DNA of 64,000 nt, taken from the NCBI GenBank assembly GCA_963662315.1, contig OY759353.1, positions 3,808,001 through 3,872,000 on the forward strand, read 5' to 3'. The notes beneath the pieces were generated by a model. That model searched no databases. It saw only the letters and a list, made by a program, of their open reading frames with translations, and was not told where the DNA came from. The position numbers were made by a program, and so were the translations under genes. Of the stretch, positions 29,736-40,289 are shown one piece after another. Numbering within the stretch: the stretch's first letter is position 1; every line of letters begins with the position of its first letter. The DNA comes from Geopsychrobacteraceae bacterium (GTDB taxonomy: Bacteria > Desulfobacterota > Desulfuromonadia > Desulfuromonadales > Geopsychrobacteraceae).

Positions 29736-32700
29736 ATGAACCCAGGACTGGCGCCGATTAAACAACAGCTTGCTAAGCTCCATAACGAGCGCGCATCCCT
29801 TGTGGCCTGGCTTGATACGTTTCCTTTGCTGGCTGGTGGGCGCTGTTGTGCCAATCTTGAGTGTCTATCTGATTATCTCAATGACTCGGATCTTCTGGCC
29901 CGTATTCTGTTCCAGGCCTTTGATGTTGCCGATCCTGATAATGGCCTGAATCTGCTGGAGCGCTTGAGTTGTTCCATTGCGGCCGAAGTCCTTATCCCGG
30001 TATTGAATGATGGCGAGCGCTGCCGTCAACTGCTGACAGTGCTTGGCGGATCGCCTTTTCTGGCGGGTATTTTGTGCCGCAATCAGAGTTACTTTGAATT
30101 TTTGTTTGAAGTTGGGGGGATTGACAGGCCGGTTAACGAAGCGACGATGCTGGCCGAGTTACGTTCCCTTATTCCTCTGAACAGTGACTTTAATGAGTTG
30201 CAAAAGCAGCTGCGCTTGTATAAAGCCCGTCAGATTCTGCGCATTGGCAGTCGTGATCTATGCGGTCTGGCCAGCCTGGAAGAAGTCACCGCGGAGCTGT
30301 CCGGGCTTGCAGCCGCGAGCCTGCAACGTGCTTATGAGGTCTGCTCACGCCACCTGCAGGAGGAGTATGGGCAGCCGCTGCACAATGCCGAAAGCGAAAC
30401 TGACGGCACGCTGGCCGAGATGACCATCCTTGGTATGGGGAAATTCGGTGGCAATGAACTGAATTTCTCTTCAGATATTGATCTGATCTACTGCTATTCT
30501 TCCACCCATGGCGAAACGACCGGCGGTTCCCGTAACGAGAGAATCAGTCTGCATCGCTATTTTCTTAAACTGGCGGAACAGATCACCCGGGCTCTGCACC
30601 AGGTGACGGAACACGGCTTTGTCTTTCGTGTTGATACACGTTTGCGTCCGGATGGCAATAATGGCGATCTGGCCATTTCCATTAATGGTGCCGAAGCCTA
30701 TTATGAGTCATGGGGGCAGAGCTGGGAACGTGCTGCCATGATCAAGGCCCGGCCGGTTGCCGGATCTATCACGCTGGGGAGCGAACTGCTGACCCGGCTT
30801 AAGCCGTTTGTCTATCGTCGTTATCTTGATTTTGGTATGGTTGAAGATATCAAAATCATGAAACAGAAAATTAATGCCAGTCTTGAGCGTGCTGGCGAGC
30901 GTGAGCGCAACCTCAAACTTGGACAGGGCGGGATTCGGGAAATCGAATTTTTCATTCAGGCGCATCAGCTGATTAATGGCGGGACCCGGCCGCAATTACA
31001 ATTTCGCAATTCATTGCGGGTCCTGAAGCTGCTGGCCGAGGAAAATCTGGTCTCGTCCAGGGATTTAAAAGCTCTGCAGGACGCTTACCGTTTTTTGCGT
31101 ACGGTCGAGCATCGCATTCAGATTGTTCAGGAACAGCAGACCCATATGTTGCCGGTTGGCGAGCGAGACTGTACGGTGCTGGCCCGGCGATGCGGATTCC
31201 GTGATCATCAGACTTTTCAGACATGCTTGGCTGAGCATCGTCGGGCTGTCAGTGAAATCTTCAAGGATCTGTTTCATTCGTCTGATGAAGAGGATCTTCA
31301 TATCTCTCCGGAAGTTGAGATTTTCTTTGACGAAACGGCAGATCCGGATCTGGTTAAAGATTTTCTCGCGGAAAAAGGGTTCACGAATCCTGATGCGGCC
31401 TATGATACTTTACAGAACTTGCGAGCTGGTGATCCACATAAACGCCTGACCCGTCGGGGGCGCCGCAGCCTTGAACGGATCGCGCCATTGCTGATGAATG
31501 AATTGCTTGATTCGCCGAATCCCGATCAGGCGCTGAACAATCTGGAAAACTTTCTGTCGGTGATCCGGGCGCGGGATTCCTTTTTTGCGTTGCTGGTGGA
31601 GAATCCTGAAACCGTGCGGATTCTGGTTGCTCTGTTTGGTTCCAGCCAGTTGCTGTCGCGTATTTTTATTCAGCGCCCGGAGCTGCTCGATACCATGGTG
31701 TCGCAGTCCCATGCTGTTATCGAGAAGACGCGTGAAGAAATAACTTCAGAATTAAGTGATGAGCTTGCTCGCGCTGAGAATTTTGAAGTTCAGCTCGATG
31801 TCTTGCGCCGCTTTCGCAATGCAGAATTTCTGCGCCTGGCCCTTAACGACCTGCATGGTCAGGTTAAGCAGAGTGTTACCACACGGCAATTGTCCTGGCT
31901 TGCGGAGGCCTGCCTCGAACAGGCTTGCTGCCTGGCTCGCCAGGAGCTGGCGGTACGCTTTGGCACGGCTTTTACCGATGCCAGTGATGGTGCCAAAGAA
32001 GCGGCATTTGCCATTGTCGGCATGGGGAAGCTGGGCGGGCTCGAACTGAATTATCACTCGGATCTCGATATCATCTTTATCTTTGAAGGCGCTGGAACAA
32101 CCCGTCCCCTGCCGACAACCGACGTCACGCGGTTTCGTCAGCTCAGCAGTTACGAATACTTTGCCAAACTGGCACAGCGGATCATTTCCATCCTTACCCT
32201 GGTCACGCGCGAAGGGGTGGTTTATCAGATTGATACCCGGCTGCGTCCGTCGGGAAATCAGGGGCCGCTGGTTTCAGGGTTTGATGCTTTTGTTCGCTAT
32301 CATCAGGAATCCGCCCAACCCTGGGAGCGTCAGGCCATGACCAAGGCTCGGGTCGTATGCGGCCCTCCAGATTTTTGCCGGCGCTTGCAGGGGGTTATCA
32401 GTGAATTGACTTTTGAACGACCTCTACCGGAGAATTTGAAAGAAGAGATTTCTCGCTTACGTGACCGGATGGAAGTAGAAATTGCTAAAGAGAATGATAA
32501 GCTGATTAATATCAAGACCGGGCGCGGAGGTATGGTTGATGTTGAATTCATTACCCAATATCTTCAATTGCTGCACGCCGGTTCCGTAACCGAATTGCGT
32601 CAGCAAGGAACCATTGCCCTGCTTGAATGTCTCGCCGAGAAACAGCTGATATGCAAAAATGATGCACGTCAACTGATTACTGGCTATCGGTTTTTAAGGC

Positions 32701-32912
32701 GCCTTGAAAACCGTCTCAGGTTATTGTACGACCAGTCGATCAATGAATTGTCTACACAGCCAGCTGTTTTACGCAAGGTTGCTTTAAGTCTTGGCTTTGG
32801 AACTCAGGGACTTAAGCCGGAAGTAGAGTTTCTCGACACCTATCAGCGCATCACCGAAGGTATACGAATGCTGCTTGAAAAATATTTGCGAGGGAACCAT
32901 GGCCAACGCTGA
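29736..32912 (+). CDS. glnE: Glutamine synthetase adenylyltransferase / adenylyl-removing enzyme
   Basis: Two nucleotidyltransferase domains (GMGKFGGNELNFSSDIDL; GMGKLGGLELNYHSDLD); RLRP and KLGQGGIREIEF motifs. Confidence 0.93.
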   Translation: MNPGLAPIKQQLAKLHNERASLVAWLDTFPLLAGGRCCANLECLSDYLNDSDLLARILFQAFDVADPDNGLNLLERLSCSIAAEVLIPVLNDGERCRQLLTVLGGSPFLAGILCRNQSYFEFLFEVGGIDRPVNEATMLAELRSLIPLNSDFNELQKQLRLYKARQILRIGSRDLCGLASLEEVTAELSGLAAASLQRAYEVCSRHLQEEYGQPLHNAESETDGTLAEMTILGMGKFGGNELNFSSDIDLIYCYSSTHGETTGGSRNERISLHRYFLKLAEQITRALHQVTEHGFVFRVDTRLRPDGNNGDLAISINGAEAYYESWGQSWERAAMIKARPVAGSITLGSELLTRLKPFVYRRYLDFGMVEDIKIMKQKINASLERAGERERNLKLGQGGIREIEFFIQAHQLINGGTRPQLQFRNSLRVLKLLAEENLVSSRDLKALQDAYRFLRTVEHRIQIVQEQQTHMLPVGERDCTVLARRCGFRDHQTFQTCLAEHRRAVSEIFKDLFHSSDEEDLHISPEVEIFFDETADPDLVKDFLAEKGFTNPDAAYDTLQNLRAGDPHKRLTRRGRRSLERIAPLLMNELLDSPNPDQALNNLENFLSVIRARDSFFALLVENPETVRILVALFGSSQLLSRIFIQRPELLDTMVSQSHAVIEKTREEITSELSDELARAENFEVQLDVLRRFRNAEFLRLALNDLHGQVKQSVTTRQLSWLAEACLEQACCLARQELAVRFGTAFTDASDGAKEAAFAIVGMGKLGGLELNYHSDLDIIFIFEGAGTTRPLPTTDVTRFRQLSSYEYFAKLAQRIISILTLVTREGVVYQIDTRLRPSGNQGPLVSGFDAFVRYHQESAQPWERQAMTKARVVCGPPDFCRRLQGVISELTFERPLPENLKEEISRLRDRMEVEIAKENDKLINIKTGRGGMVDVEFITQYLQLLHAGSVTELRQQGTIALLECLAEKQLICKNDARQLITGYRFLRRLENRLRLLYDQSINELSTQPAVLRKVALSLGFGTQGLKPEVEFLDTYQRITEGIRMLLEKYLRGNHGQR

Positions 32913-34794
32913 AAAAAGAATCCTGATTATCGAGACCGAACTCGATCTACGTTATTTTTTACAGCAGGCGTTCAGCTCCGCCGGATTTAGAGTGGACGCT
33001 GTTGAGCGTGGCGCGGACGGTTTGAAACTACTGCTCACCGAAGAATTCCACTTGGCTTTGATCAACCTTGATATGCCCGAAATTTCCGGAGCCAATATCT
33101 GCCGTGCTCTGCGTAAGCACGACCAAACCAGGGAGTTGCCCCTGGTAATGATCTCCAATAAACCCTTCAACCCTGATACGTATGAGCAGGACAAACAAGC
33201 CTGCAATGTCGATGAGTTTTTGTATAAACCGATCACCGGCATCGATTTGGAGAATATGCTTGAGCGTGTGTTTAAGCGCCGCTCCCAACGTGCGGAGAAG
33301 AAGGAACAACCGATTCGGGATTTTACTATTCCGATTCTGCTGCATCGCTTTTATATGGAGAAGGAGACCGGGTTACTGCACCTTAACCACGGAAGTGCGA
33401 AAAAGGTGGTTTATATCAAGGAGGGCTATCCGATTTTTACCCGTTCCAACGTTCTGAATGAGTGTCTGGGGCGGATGCTGGTCAAAGAAGGGCGCATCAC
33501 CCAGGTTGACTGTGATCAGTCGGTGGAGCTCAGCCGCGCTTCCGGGCGTCTGCAAGGGACTGAATTGATCGGCATGGGGCTGTTGACACCCAAGGAGTTG
33601 CATGAAGCGCTGATCCATCAGGTCACTGAAAAATTATTGTCCACATTTTCCTGGCGCAACGGAACCTGGCAGTTTATTCCCGGTAAGGATTTTAAACGCA
33701 ATGTCACCCGTATCCAATTGACCCCAGCCACGCTTATTGCCAAAGGGATTGAACGTTTCTGGACCAGCGTGCAGCTCGATGACTATCTGGCGCCGTTTCG
33801 CTCAGATTACCTGAAGCAGACGGAAGACCCTCAATATCGTTTTCAGGATGTTGAGTTGAGTAAGCGTGGTCAGGCTATTCTGAAGAGTTGTCGAGGCACC
33901 CATACCCTTGAGCAGATCCTCGATGAACATCCTCTGGCGCGGCGAGAAGTACAGAAGATTCTTTCCGCGTTGTTAATCTCAGAACTTGTTGAGCGTCATA
34001 CGTTGCCGCAACCGGTTGCTGACGACGACATTGCCGTTGATGATGGTGACAAGATCATCGATTCCAAGTTGCGCTATAAAATTCTTGATGATTACCAGCG
34101 GATCGTTGGATCCAACTACTTTGTTGCTCTTGGCATCGCTGAGGATGGTAGCTCGGCAGAGGCACGGCGGGCCTACTATCGCCTGGCCAAAGAGTATCAC
34201 CCCGACCGCTATTTGGGGGGCGATCTTTCGCGCGAGATGAGCACCAAGATTAATGAGATCTTTCAATATGTTACCCAGGCCTATACGGTGCTGAGCGACC
34301 CGGAGACCCGTGCGAAATATGTTGAAGAACTGCATCACGGTCCAGCCAAGAAACTTGACATCAATCAGATTATCGAAGCTGAAGGAGCCTATCAGGAAGG
34401 GCGTGCTCTGATCAAAATCCGGCATTATGTCGGGGCAGCTAAGACCCTGAAGCGGGCTATCGAATTGAGTCCTGAAGAACCTGAGTATATGTCTGCTTAT
34501 GCCTGGGCGCTGTTCAAATCTAACCCTGAAAATGAGCAGATTCTCAATCAGGCACTGGAAATTCTGCTGGCAGCCAGGGAGTTAAATGCGCAGAACGATA
34601 TGACTCATTTGTATCTTGGTCATGTTTATCATGCGCTGCGCAAAGACCGGCAGGCCGAGAAAGCGTTTGAAATGGCGGTACAGGCCAATCCTGATTGTAC
34701 CGAAGCGTTGCGGGAACTGCGTCTGCTTAATTTGCGACGTGAGCATGTTCCTCAGAGTAAGGGCCTGTTTGGCAAGTTTCTTAAGAAGGATTAG
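32899..34794 (+). CDS. Multidomain protein: atypical REC, DUF4388-like, J-domain and TPR
   Basis: REC-like N-terminus; CLGRMLV/GTELIGMGLL motifs; YYRLAKEYHPD J-domain; TPRs at the C-terminus. Confidence 0.75.
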   Translation: MANAEKRILIIETELDLRYFLQQAFSSAGFRVDAVERGADGLKLLLTEEFHLALINLDMPEISGANICRALRKHDQTRELPLVMISNKPFNPDTYEQDKQACNVDEFLYKPITGIDLENMLERVFKRRSQRAEKKEQPIRDFTIPILLHRFYMEKETGLLHLNHGSAKKVVYIKEGYPIFTRSNVLNECLGRMLVKEGRITQVDCDQSVELSRASGRLQGTELIGMGLLTPKELHEALIHQVTEKLLSTFSWRNGTWQFIPGKDFKRNVTRIQLTPATLIAKGIERFWTSVQLDDYLAPFRSDYLKQTEDPQYRFQDVELSKRGQAILKSCRGTHTLEQILDEHPLARREVQKILSALLISELVERHTLPQPVADDDIAVDDGDKIIDSKLRYKILDDYQRIVGSNYFVALGIAEDGSSAEARRAYYRLAKEYHPDRYLGGDLSREMSTKINEIFQYVTQAYTVLSDPETRAKYVEELHHGPAKKLDINQIIEAEGAYQEGRALIKIRHYVGAAKTLKRAIELSPEEPEYMSAYAWALFKSNPENEQILNQALEILLAARELNAQNDMTHLYLGHVYHALRKDRQAEKAFEMAVQANPDCTEALRELRLLNLRREHVPQSKGLFGKFLKKD

Positions 34795-34798
34795 CTTG

Positions 34799-35566
34799 CT
34801 ATTGCTGTTTTCTGATCAAACCCAGGTCAAGCAGGTGACGTGGTTGAATGTTGCCTGCCGCGGCGATCATGCTGTGGCGAATCTGGGGAATATCCTTGCT
34901 GAGCGTGGCGATGAGCTGTTTCATGCGCTGACGCTGCTGATCTTCCTGGGCCGCCGCCGGACAGCCACAGTTGATAAGCGGAAATTTCCTTAGCTGGCTG
35001 TAGGCCCGAATATCCTGTTCCTCCACATAAACCAGTGGCCGGATGACCGTATGCTGACCGTTGTCAGCTTCAAGTTTGGCACTCATCGCCGCAATGGTAC
35101 CAACATAAAACTGGTTCAGAAGCAAGGTCTCAATAACGTCGTCAAGGTGATGCCCCAGCGCAATTTTGTTGCATCCCAGTTCTGTTGCCAGCGTATACAG
35201 GTGCCCACGTCGCAACCGCGCACAGAACGCACAGTAGGAAGATCCCGGCCGGAGCTTCTCTTCAATAATCTGGTAGCTTGCTGTTGTTTCCATGCGGTAG
35301 GTAAAACCGTGGTTTTGCAAGTGCTGCTCAATAATGTTTTTCTGGTAGCCGGGGAAGCCGGCATCAAAATTGACGGCAATCAGTTCATATTTAACCGGTG
35401 CCTTGCGGCGCAGAGCCTCAAGAACATGCAAAAGCGTGTACGAGTCTTTGCCTCCGGATACCCCGACGGCAATGCGGTCTCCATCCTCAATAAGATTAAA
35501 GTCGCCAATCGCCTTACCGACCAGCTTGCGAATCTTGTTGAATAATTTCAGTTCTGTGTTTTTCAT
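34799..35566 (-). CDS. ttcA: tRNA 2-thiocytidine(32) synthetase
   Basis: SGGKDS PP-loop, CAFCARLRRG, GHHLDD and C-x-C motifs; ATG at 35566 after an AGGAG RBS. Confidence 0.92.
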   Translation of the reverse strand: MKNTELKLFNKIRKLVGKAIGDFNLIEDGDRIAVGVSGGKDSYTLLHVLEALRRKAPVKYELIAVNFDAGFPGYQKNIIEQHLQNHGFTYRMETTASYQIIEEKLRPGSSYCAFCARLRRGHLYTLATELGCNKIALGHHLDDVIETLLLNQFYVGTIAAMSAKLEADNGQHTVIRPLVYVEEQDIRAYSQLRKFPLINCGCPAAAQEDQQRQRMKQLIATLSKDIPQIRHSMIAAAGNIQPRHLLDLGLIRKQQ

Positions 35567-35720
35567 GTCTCTCCTTTTCCTTCGTGGAACAGCATTTGTA
35601 AAAGAAAAAGGCGGAAAATTCAAGTCTTCCTGGTCCTGATAGGTAACTTGGAGCGGTTTTTGCTTTTAGTATCCAGGTACGTCAAAATTATTATCCCGGT
35701 TGTAAGGATGGAGGACCTGT

Positions 35721-36470
35721 ATGAGTATCGATACGCTACGCTCTGTCGCTGCTTCCCTGGCACCACTGATGGATGGTGACGGTCAGGTGCAGGCGGCTGG
35801 AAAAGGCACTGCACGTTTTGCTAAACTTCTTGATGGCCTTTCTAGTGCTCCGGAATCGTTGCGTAAATCACCACAGGGATTAGCGTCAATGGCCCATCTG
35901 ACTCAGCTTCAGATGTTGCATAGTCTGTTCGTTGACGAAGAGGATAACGACGACAATGACAGTCTGTTTACCGCAGCACAGACTTTAGGAGAATTCAGTC
36001 TGCTGCAGGCACAGAAAAGTCAATATATTGACAAGTATTGTGCGCATCAGCGACCTTCTGTGCAGCTGAATCAACCCCAGGAGCGTCAGGATATTGACCG
36101 GCTTATTGATCAGGTTGCTGAAAAAGTCAGTCTGGCACCGGCTCTTATTCACTCCGTAGTTGCCACTGAAAGTGCCTACCGGACTGATGCCATATCTCCC
36201 GTCGGTGCACAGGGATTAATGCAGTTGATGCCGGAAACCGCAAAAGAGCTTGGTGTAACCGACAGCTTTAATGCCCATGAAAATCTGCTGGGTGGCAGCC
36301 GCTACCTGAAGCAGTTGCTGGATAAATATGATGGTGATCTTGATCATGCCCTGGCCGCCTATAATTGGGGGCAGGGGAATGTTGATCGCCATGGCCTGGC
36401 CAAAATGCCGGCAGAAACACGTAACTATCTGGCAAGAGTCAAGTCACTATTGGGTAACCAGGCGCTATAG
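35721..36470 (+). CDS. Lytic transglycosylase (SLT domain) protein
   Basis: ES, GAQGLMQLMP, ALAAYNWG and ETRNY motifs. Confidence 0.9.
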   Translation: MSIDTLRSVAASLAPLMDGDGQVQAAGKGTARFAKLLDGLSSAPESLRKSPQGLASMAHLTQLQMLHSLFVDEEDNDDNDSLFTAAQTLGEFSLLQAQKSQYIDKYCAHQRPSVQLNQPQERQDIDRLIDQVAEKVSLAPALIHSVVATESAYRTDAISPVGAQGLMQLMPETAKELGVTDSFNAHENLLGGSRYLKQLLDKYDGDLDHALAAYNWGQGNVDRHGLAKMPAETRNYLARVKSLLGNQAL

Positions 36471-36481
36471 GGACGCTATTC

Positions 36482-37117
36482 TCATGTCGTTGTTGTCTGG
36501 CCGAAGCGCCGTAATTGGCGGTCATGGTAGCCGCTGAGAGTGACCAGGGCCAGAATAGCACCGATCAGGGCTAAAGCCATGTCAGATTGGGTGTCCCAGA
36601 TATAGCCCTGGGTGCCGAGAAAAGCATCTGCTGCTTCATGCGACAGCAGGGCAACCCACCACTCGATCAGCTCGTAAAAGGCACTGATCGCCAGGCAGAT
36701 ACAGATGATAAAAAAGTTCTGCCACCCGTGTCCATTCACAACTCGAAGGCGGCTCAGGATCTCTCTGGCAACCAGCGCTGGCACAAAGCCCTGGGCAAGG
36801 TGGCCAACTTTATCGTAGTTATTCCGGCTCAGTGAAAAAAACTCTTTTAGCCAGTCAAACAAAGGTACCTTGGCATAGGTATAGTGGCCGCCAACCATCA
36901 GGATAAGACAGTGAATCAGGATCAGCTGGTAGGCCAGAGAGGAAAGGGGGAAGCGTTTAAAGGTGAGTGCAAGGATGGCAAGGCCGAGCAGCGCCGGAAA
37001 CACCTCAAGAAACCAGGTCAACTTATCGGAGGGGTCGATGACCGACCAGATGAGAACCGCAAAATAGATCAATAACCAGACAATAATCGCATGTTTTTCC
37101 GGCCGGGCTGTCGTCAT
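36482..37117 (-). CDS. DUF2238 (YjdF-like) membrane protein
   Basis: GGHYTYAKVP, RNNYDKVGH, YELIEWW and FLGTQGYIWDTQSDM motifs. Confidence 0.85.
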   Translation of the reverse strand: MTTARPEKHAIIVWLLIYFAVLIWSVIDPSDKLTWFLEVFPALLGLAILALTFKRFPLSSLAYQLILIHCLILMVGGHYTYAKVPLFDWLKEFFSLSRNNYDKVGHLAQGFVPALVAREILSRLRVVNGHGWQNFFIICICLAISAFYELIEWWVALLSHEAADAFLGTQGYIWDTQSDMALALIGAILALVTLSGYHDRQLRRFGQTTTT

Positions 37118-37125
37118 GTCCGCTC

Positions 37126-37479
37126 CTAATAGGTTTGATACATTTCTTTGCCGTTAGCAAGGTTGAGCCAGCCTTTGGCAATACGGTAAATGAGCCAAAG
37201 CATTCCTGCCGTCAGTATAATATAGCCAACCAGGAAGAGCAGGGTGATAAGCCCGATCGCTGACCACAGCAGACCGAACCAGAACGTTCTGATCTGCCAG
37301 CGGAAGTGCGATTCAAGCCAGGTTCCTCTGACATCATCACGTTTTACATAATTAATGATGATTGCGGCAAACAGCGAGATGCCAAAGAAGAAAGACAGCG
37401 CCTGAAGGGCATAAATAAGGGTAGTGATGTTACGGGCGCTGTTATCATTGCCGGGGATGGTGATGGGTTCTTGGTACAT
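37126..37479 (-). CDS. Small membrane protein (DUF4870-like)
   Basis: YVKR...WLESHFRWQIRTFW motif, 3 TM segments. Confidence 0.75.
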   Translation of the reverse strand: MYQEPITIPGNDNSARNITTLIYALQALSFFFGISLFAAIIINYVKRDDVRGTWLESHFRWQIRTFWFGLLWSAIGLITLLFLVGYIILTAGMLWLIYRIAKGWLNLANGKEMYQTY

Positions 37480-37604
37480 TGCTGATCCGCTGCTTTCAAT
37501 AATTGATTTGAGAATAAGATATATTCTTCAAGCAGTATAGCTGAGCAGGGCAGGTAAAGAAAGTGTGTTGACTAACGCAAAATATGGAAAAATCGGTGCC
37601 GGGG

Positions 37605-37651
37605 TAAACAGACAGGCCTCCCATATTAACTGCGGGAGGCCTGTTTGTTTA
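37605..37651 (-). terminator. Intrinsic terminator downstream of the GntR gene
   Basis: TAAACAGACAGGCCTCCC...GGGAGGCCTGTTTGTTTA long inverted repeat. Confidence 0.7.
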
Positions 37652-37695
37652 GATGCTTCGCGTATGTGTACATGAGGAGCCGTCCGAGGAGCAGA

Positions 37696-38418
37696 TCAGG
37701 CCTGGCTGGATGATTCCATAAGCAACGCTTGATACAGGTTACGACTGGTCATCAGATGATTCCTCATGGCTTTGCGCGCTTCAACTTCCTCATTCGCTGA
37801 AATTGCCGCGTAAATGCGATGGTGTTCCTGAAGAATCTTGCGCAGGTAGTCTTTCAGTTTGTCTGGATCCATTTCGTTTTTATAAAGCCGCGAGCGAGGG
37901 ATAACCTTATCCTGTAAAAAATTGAAAAATTCGACGTAACGGGAATTGTTGGTCGATGCGGCAATGGCTTTGTGGAAATCATAGTCTGCCGTATCTGCGG
38001 AGTGACCGGCTTCAATAGATTTTTCCATAACGCGCAACGATTCCAGCAACTTCATCAGTTGGGCCGTAGTCCGGCGTGTGGCAGCCAGTCCGGCGGCTTC
38101 AATCTCTACTGCCATCCTTAACTCAAGAACCTCTAGGATGTCAGACAAATCAGCGTATTCAGCATTGAAAAGGGTGTTTTTTTCTTCCCCTTTTGTCTGA
38201 TGTAAAACATAGACGCCAGCCCCCTGGCGTGATTCAAGAATCCCCGCCGCTTTCAGTGCGGCAATCGCCTCGCGGACAACCGTTCTGCTAACGCCGAACT
38301 GTTTGGTTAGCGTAGGTTCGGTCGGCAGGCGCATTCCTGGTCTGTAACGACCTTCTTTAATGTCGGTCTGCAGTGATTTAATGACTTTGTCAGTCAGTGA
38401 AACGCGTGGTGTTACCAT
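37696..38418 (-). CDS. GntR family (FadR subfamily) transcriptional regulator
   Basis: RLPTE..L...FGVSRTVVREA HTH; FCD domain (DYDFH, EHHRIY). Confidence 0.92.
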   Translation of the reverse strand: MVTPRVSLTDKVIKSLQTDIKEGRYRPGMRLPTEPTLTKQFGVSRTVVREAIAALKAAGILESRQGAGVYVLHQTKGEEKNTLFNAEYADLSDILEVLELRMAVEIEAAGLAATRRTTAQLMKLLESLRVMEKSIEAGHSADTADYDFHKAIAASTNNSRYVEFFNFLQDKVIPRSRLYKNEMDPDKLKDYLRKILQEHHRIYAAISANEEVEARKAMRNHLMTSRNLYQALLMESSSQA

Positions 38419-38532
38419 CTCTATCTCCCTGGAAATTAATCCAGCATCATAAGTCAGAACAACACAAATGATCAATACTAAAACAGTATCTTTGAATATG
38501 ATTATATGTGTTCTGTTAATTCGTACTACGCA

Positions 38533-38562
38533 TTGACAATATTGATATGATAACCGTATTAT
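38533..38562 (+). promoter_or_regulatory. Putative sigma70 promoter for the aldolase-garR-garK operon
   Basis: TTGACA-18 bp-TATTAT. Confidence 0.45.
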
Positions 38563-38677
38563 GCAAACGCATCTGGATGGAGGGCGTTTGTTGGCAGTTC
38601 GGCACGAGACTTAATTATTGGACAATCGATATCGGTCGAAATAGAGATCCAATATACATGAAAAATAGAAGACTTTT

Positions 38678-39210
38678 ATGGATATAAGCTTTATCAAGAG
38701 GGTTATCCCTCCCATCGTTACACCGACTAACGAAAATGATGTCATTAAAGAATCTGTTCAGTGCGACATCGTTGATCATATCATCAAGGGTGGAGTACAC
38801 GGTATACTGGCATTAGGCAGTAATGGTGAATTCTATGGCCTCGATCCTGAGCAGCAGGAGCGTAGCGGCCAGATTGTTATTGATCAGGCCGCTGGCCGCG
38901 TACCGGTTTACTTCGGTATCGGGAGCATTACGACCCGCGAGTGTGTCAAGTGGGCTAAAAAAGCTGAAGAGCTCAAAGCTGATGCAATCAGTGTTCTGCA
39001 TCCCATGTTCATTGGGCCCAATGATGAAGAAATGTACCAGCACTTTAAAGCCGTCGCTGAAGCAACCAGCACTGCCAGTGCTGATTTACAACAATCCTGA
39101 TCGGATTTGATATGGGCGAACCGATCAAACCGAATACTCGCAGCAATCCGGAAGTTCTTGCGGTCCTGCAGAAACATCTGGATACCCTGGACGCAAAGAA
39201 GCTGGTTTGA
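38678..39210 (+). pseudogene. DapA/DHDPS-family aldolase pseudogene (frameshift plus internal deletion)
   Basis: N-terminal PPIVTP and LGSNGEF; shifts frame near 39070 into LPVLIYNNPDR, then jumps to a C-terminal-like GFDMGEPIKPN...KKLV* ending at 39210. Confidence 0.8.
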
Positions 39211-39259
39211 TTTTAGCGGATCAGTTTGAAGACAAAGAATCAACAACAAGGAGCGAATC

Positions 39260-40144
39260 ATGAAAATCGGATTTATCGGACTTGGCATCATGGGCAAACC
39301 CATGAGCAAGAACCTGATCAAGGCAGGTTACGATCTGGTCGTCTGTGACCTGAACCCCGCAGCCGTTGCAGACGTTGTTGCCGCTGGCGCAGCCAGCGCC
39401 CCAAGCGCGAAAGCCGTTGCAGAAGTTGCTGACGTCATCATCACCATGCTCCCCAACGCACCCCAGGTCAAAGCCGTTGTACTGGGCGCCGATGGTGTTC
39501 TTGAAGGGGCCAAGCCGGGCAGTGTTGTCATCGACATGAGCTCCATCGCTCCGCTCGCCAGCCAGGAAGTGGCTGCCAAACTGGCGAAAAAAGAGGTCGC
39601 CATGCTTGACGCTCCGGTCTCAGGCGGCGAACCGAAAGCCATCGATGGCACCCTGTCGGTTATGGTCGGGGGCGAGAAGGAGGTTTTTGACAGGTATTAC
39701 GATATCATGAAAGCCATGGCCGGTTCCGTTGTCTACACCGGAAAAATTGGTGCCGGCAACGTCACCAAGCTCGCCAATCAGATGATCGTTGCCATCAACA
39801 TCGCGGCCATGAGCGAAGCCCTGGTGCTGGCCACCAAGGCCGGTGTCGAACCTGACCTGGTCTATCAGGCCATTCGTGGCGGTTTGGCCGGCAGCACCGT
39901 CCTTGACGCTAAAGCGCCCCTGGTCATGGATCGCAAATTTGATCCGGGTTTCCGCATCAGCCTGCATATCAAAGACCTGGCTAACGCTCTTGACACCGCT
40001 CATGAAGTTGGTGTACCGGTACAGATGACAGCAGCCGTCATGGAAATGATGCAGGCCATGAAAGTCGACGGCATGGACGGCCTCGATCACGGCGCCCTGA
40101 TCCGTCACTACGAGAAACTTGCCCGGGTTGAAGTCAAGCGCTAA
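39260..40144 (+). CDS. garR: 2-hydroxy-3-oxopropionate (tartronate semialdehyde) reductase
   Basis: GFIGLGIMGKPMSKNL, DAPVSGGEPKAIDGTL, KLANQ and HIKDL motifs. Confidence 0.92.
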   Translation: MKIGFIGLGIMGKPMSKNLIKAGYDLVVCDLNPAAVADVVAAGAASAPSAKAVAEVADVIITMLPNAPQVKAVVLGADGVLEGAKPGSVVIDMSSIAPLASQEVAAKLAKKEVAMLDAPVSGGEPKAIDGTLSVMVGGEKEVFDRYYDIMKAMAGSVVYTGKIGAGNVTKLANQMIVAINIAAMSEALVLATKAGVEPDLVYQAIRGGLAGSTVLDAKAPLVMDRKFDPGFRISLHIKDLANALDTAHEVGVPVQMTAAVMEMMQAMKVDGMDGLDHGALIRHYEKLARVEVKR

Positions 40145-40289
40145 GCAAACCAAGGCACTTTCATAATGGCTTTGGTAAGGGCTGCAATCAGCAGCCTTTG
40201 GCAAAGCTTGCAACAATCCACATCAGGCTATTTCCGGCACGACTCCAGGGGGCTTTTCAGGCTTCCGTCAATCACATTGGATAGATATT

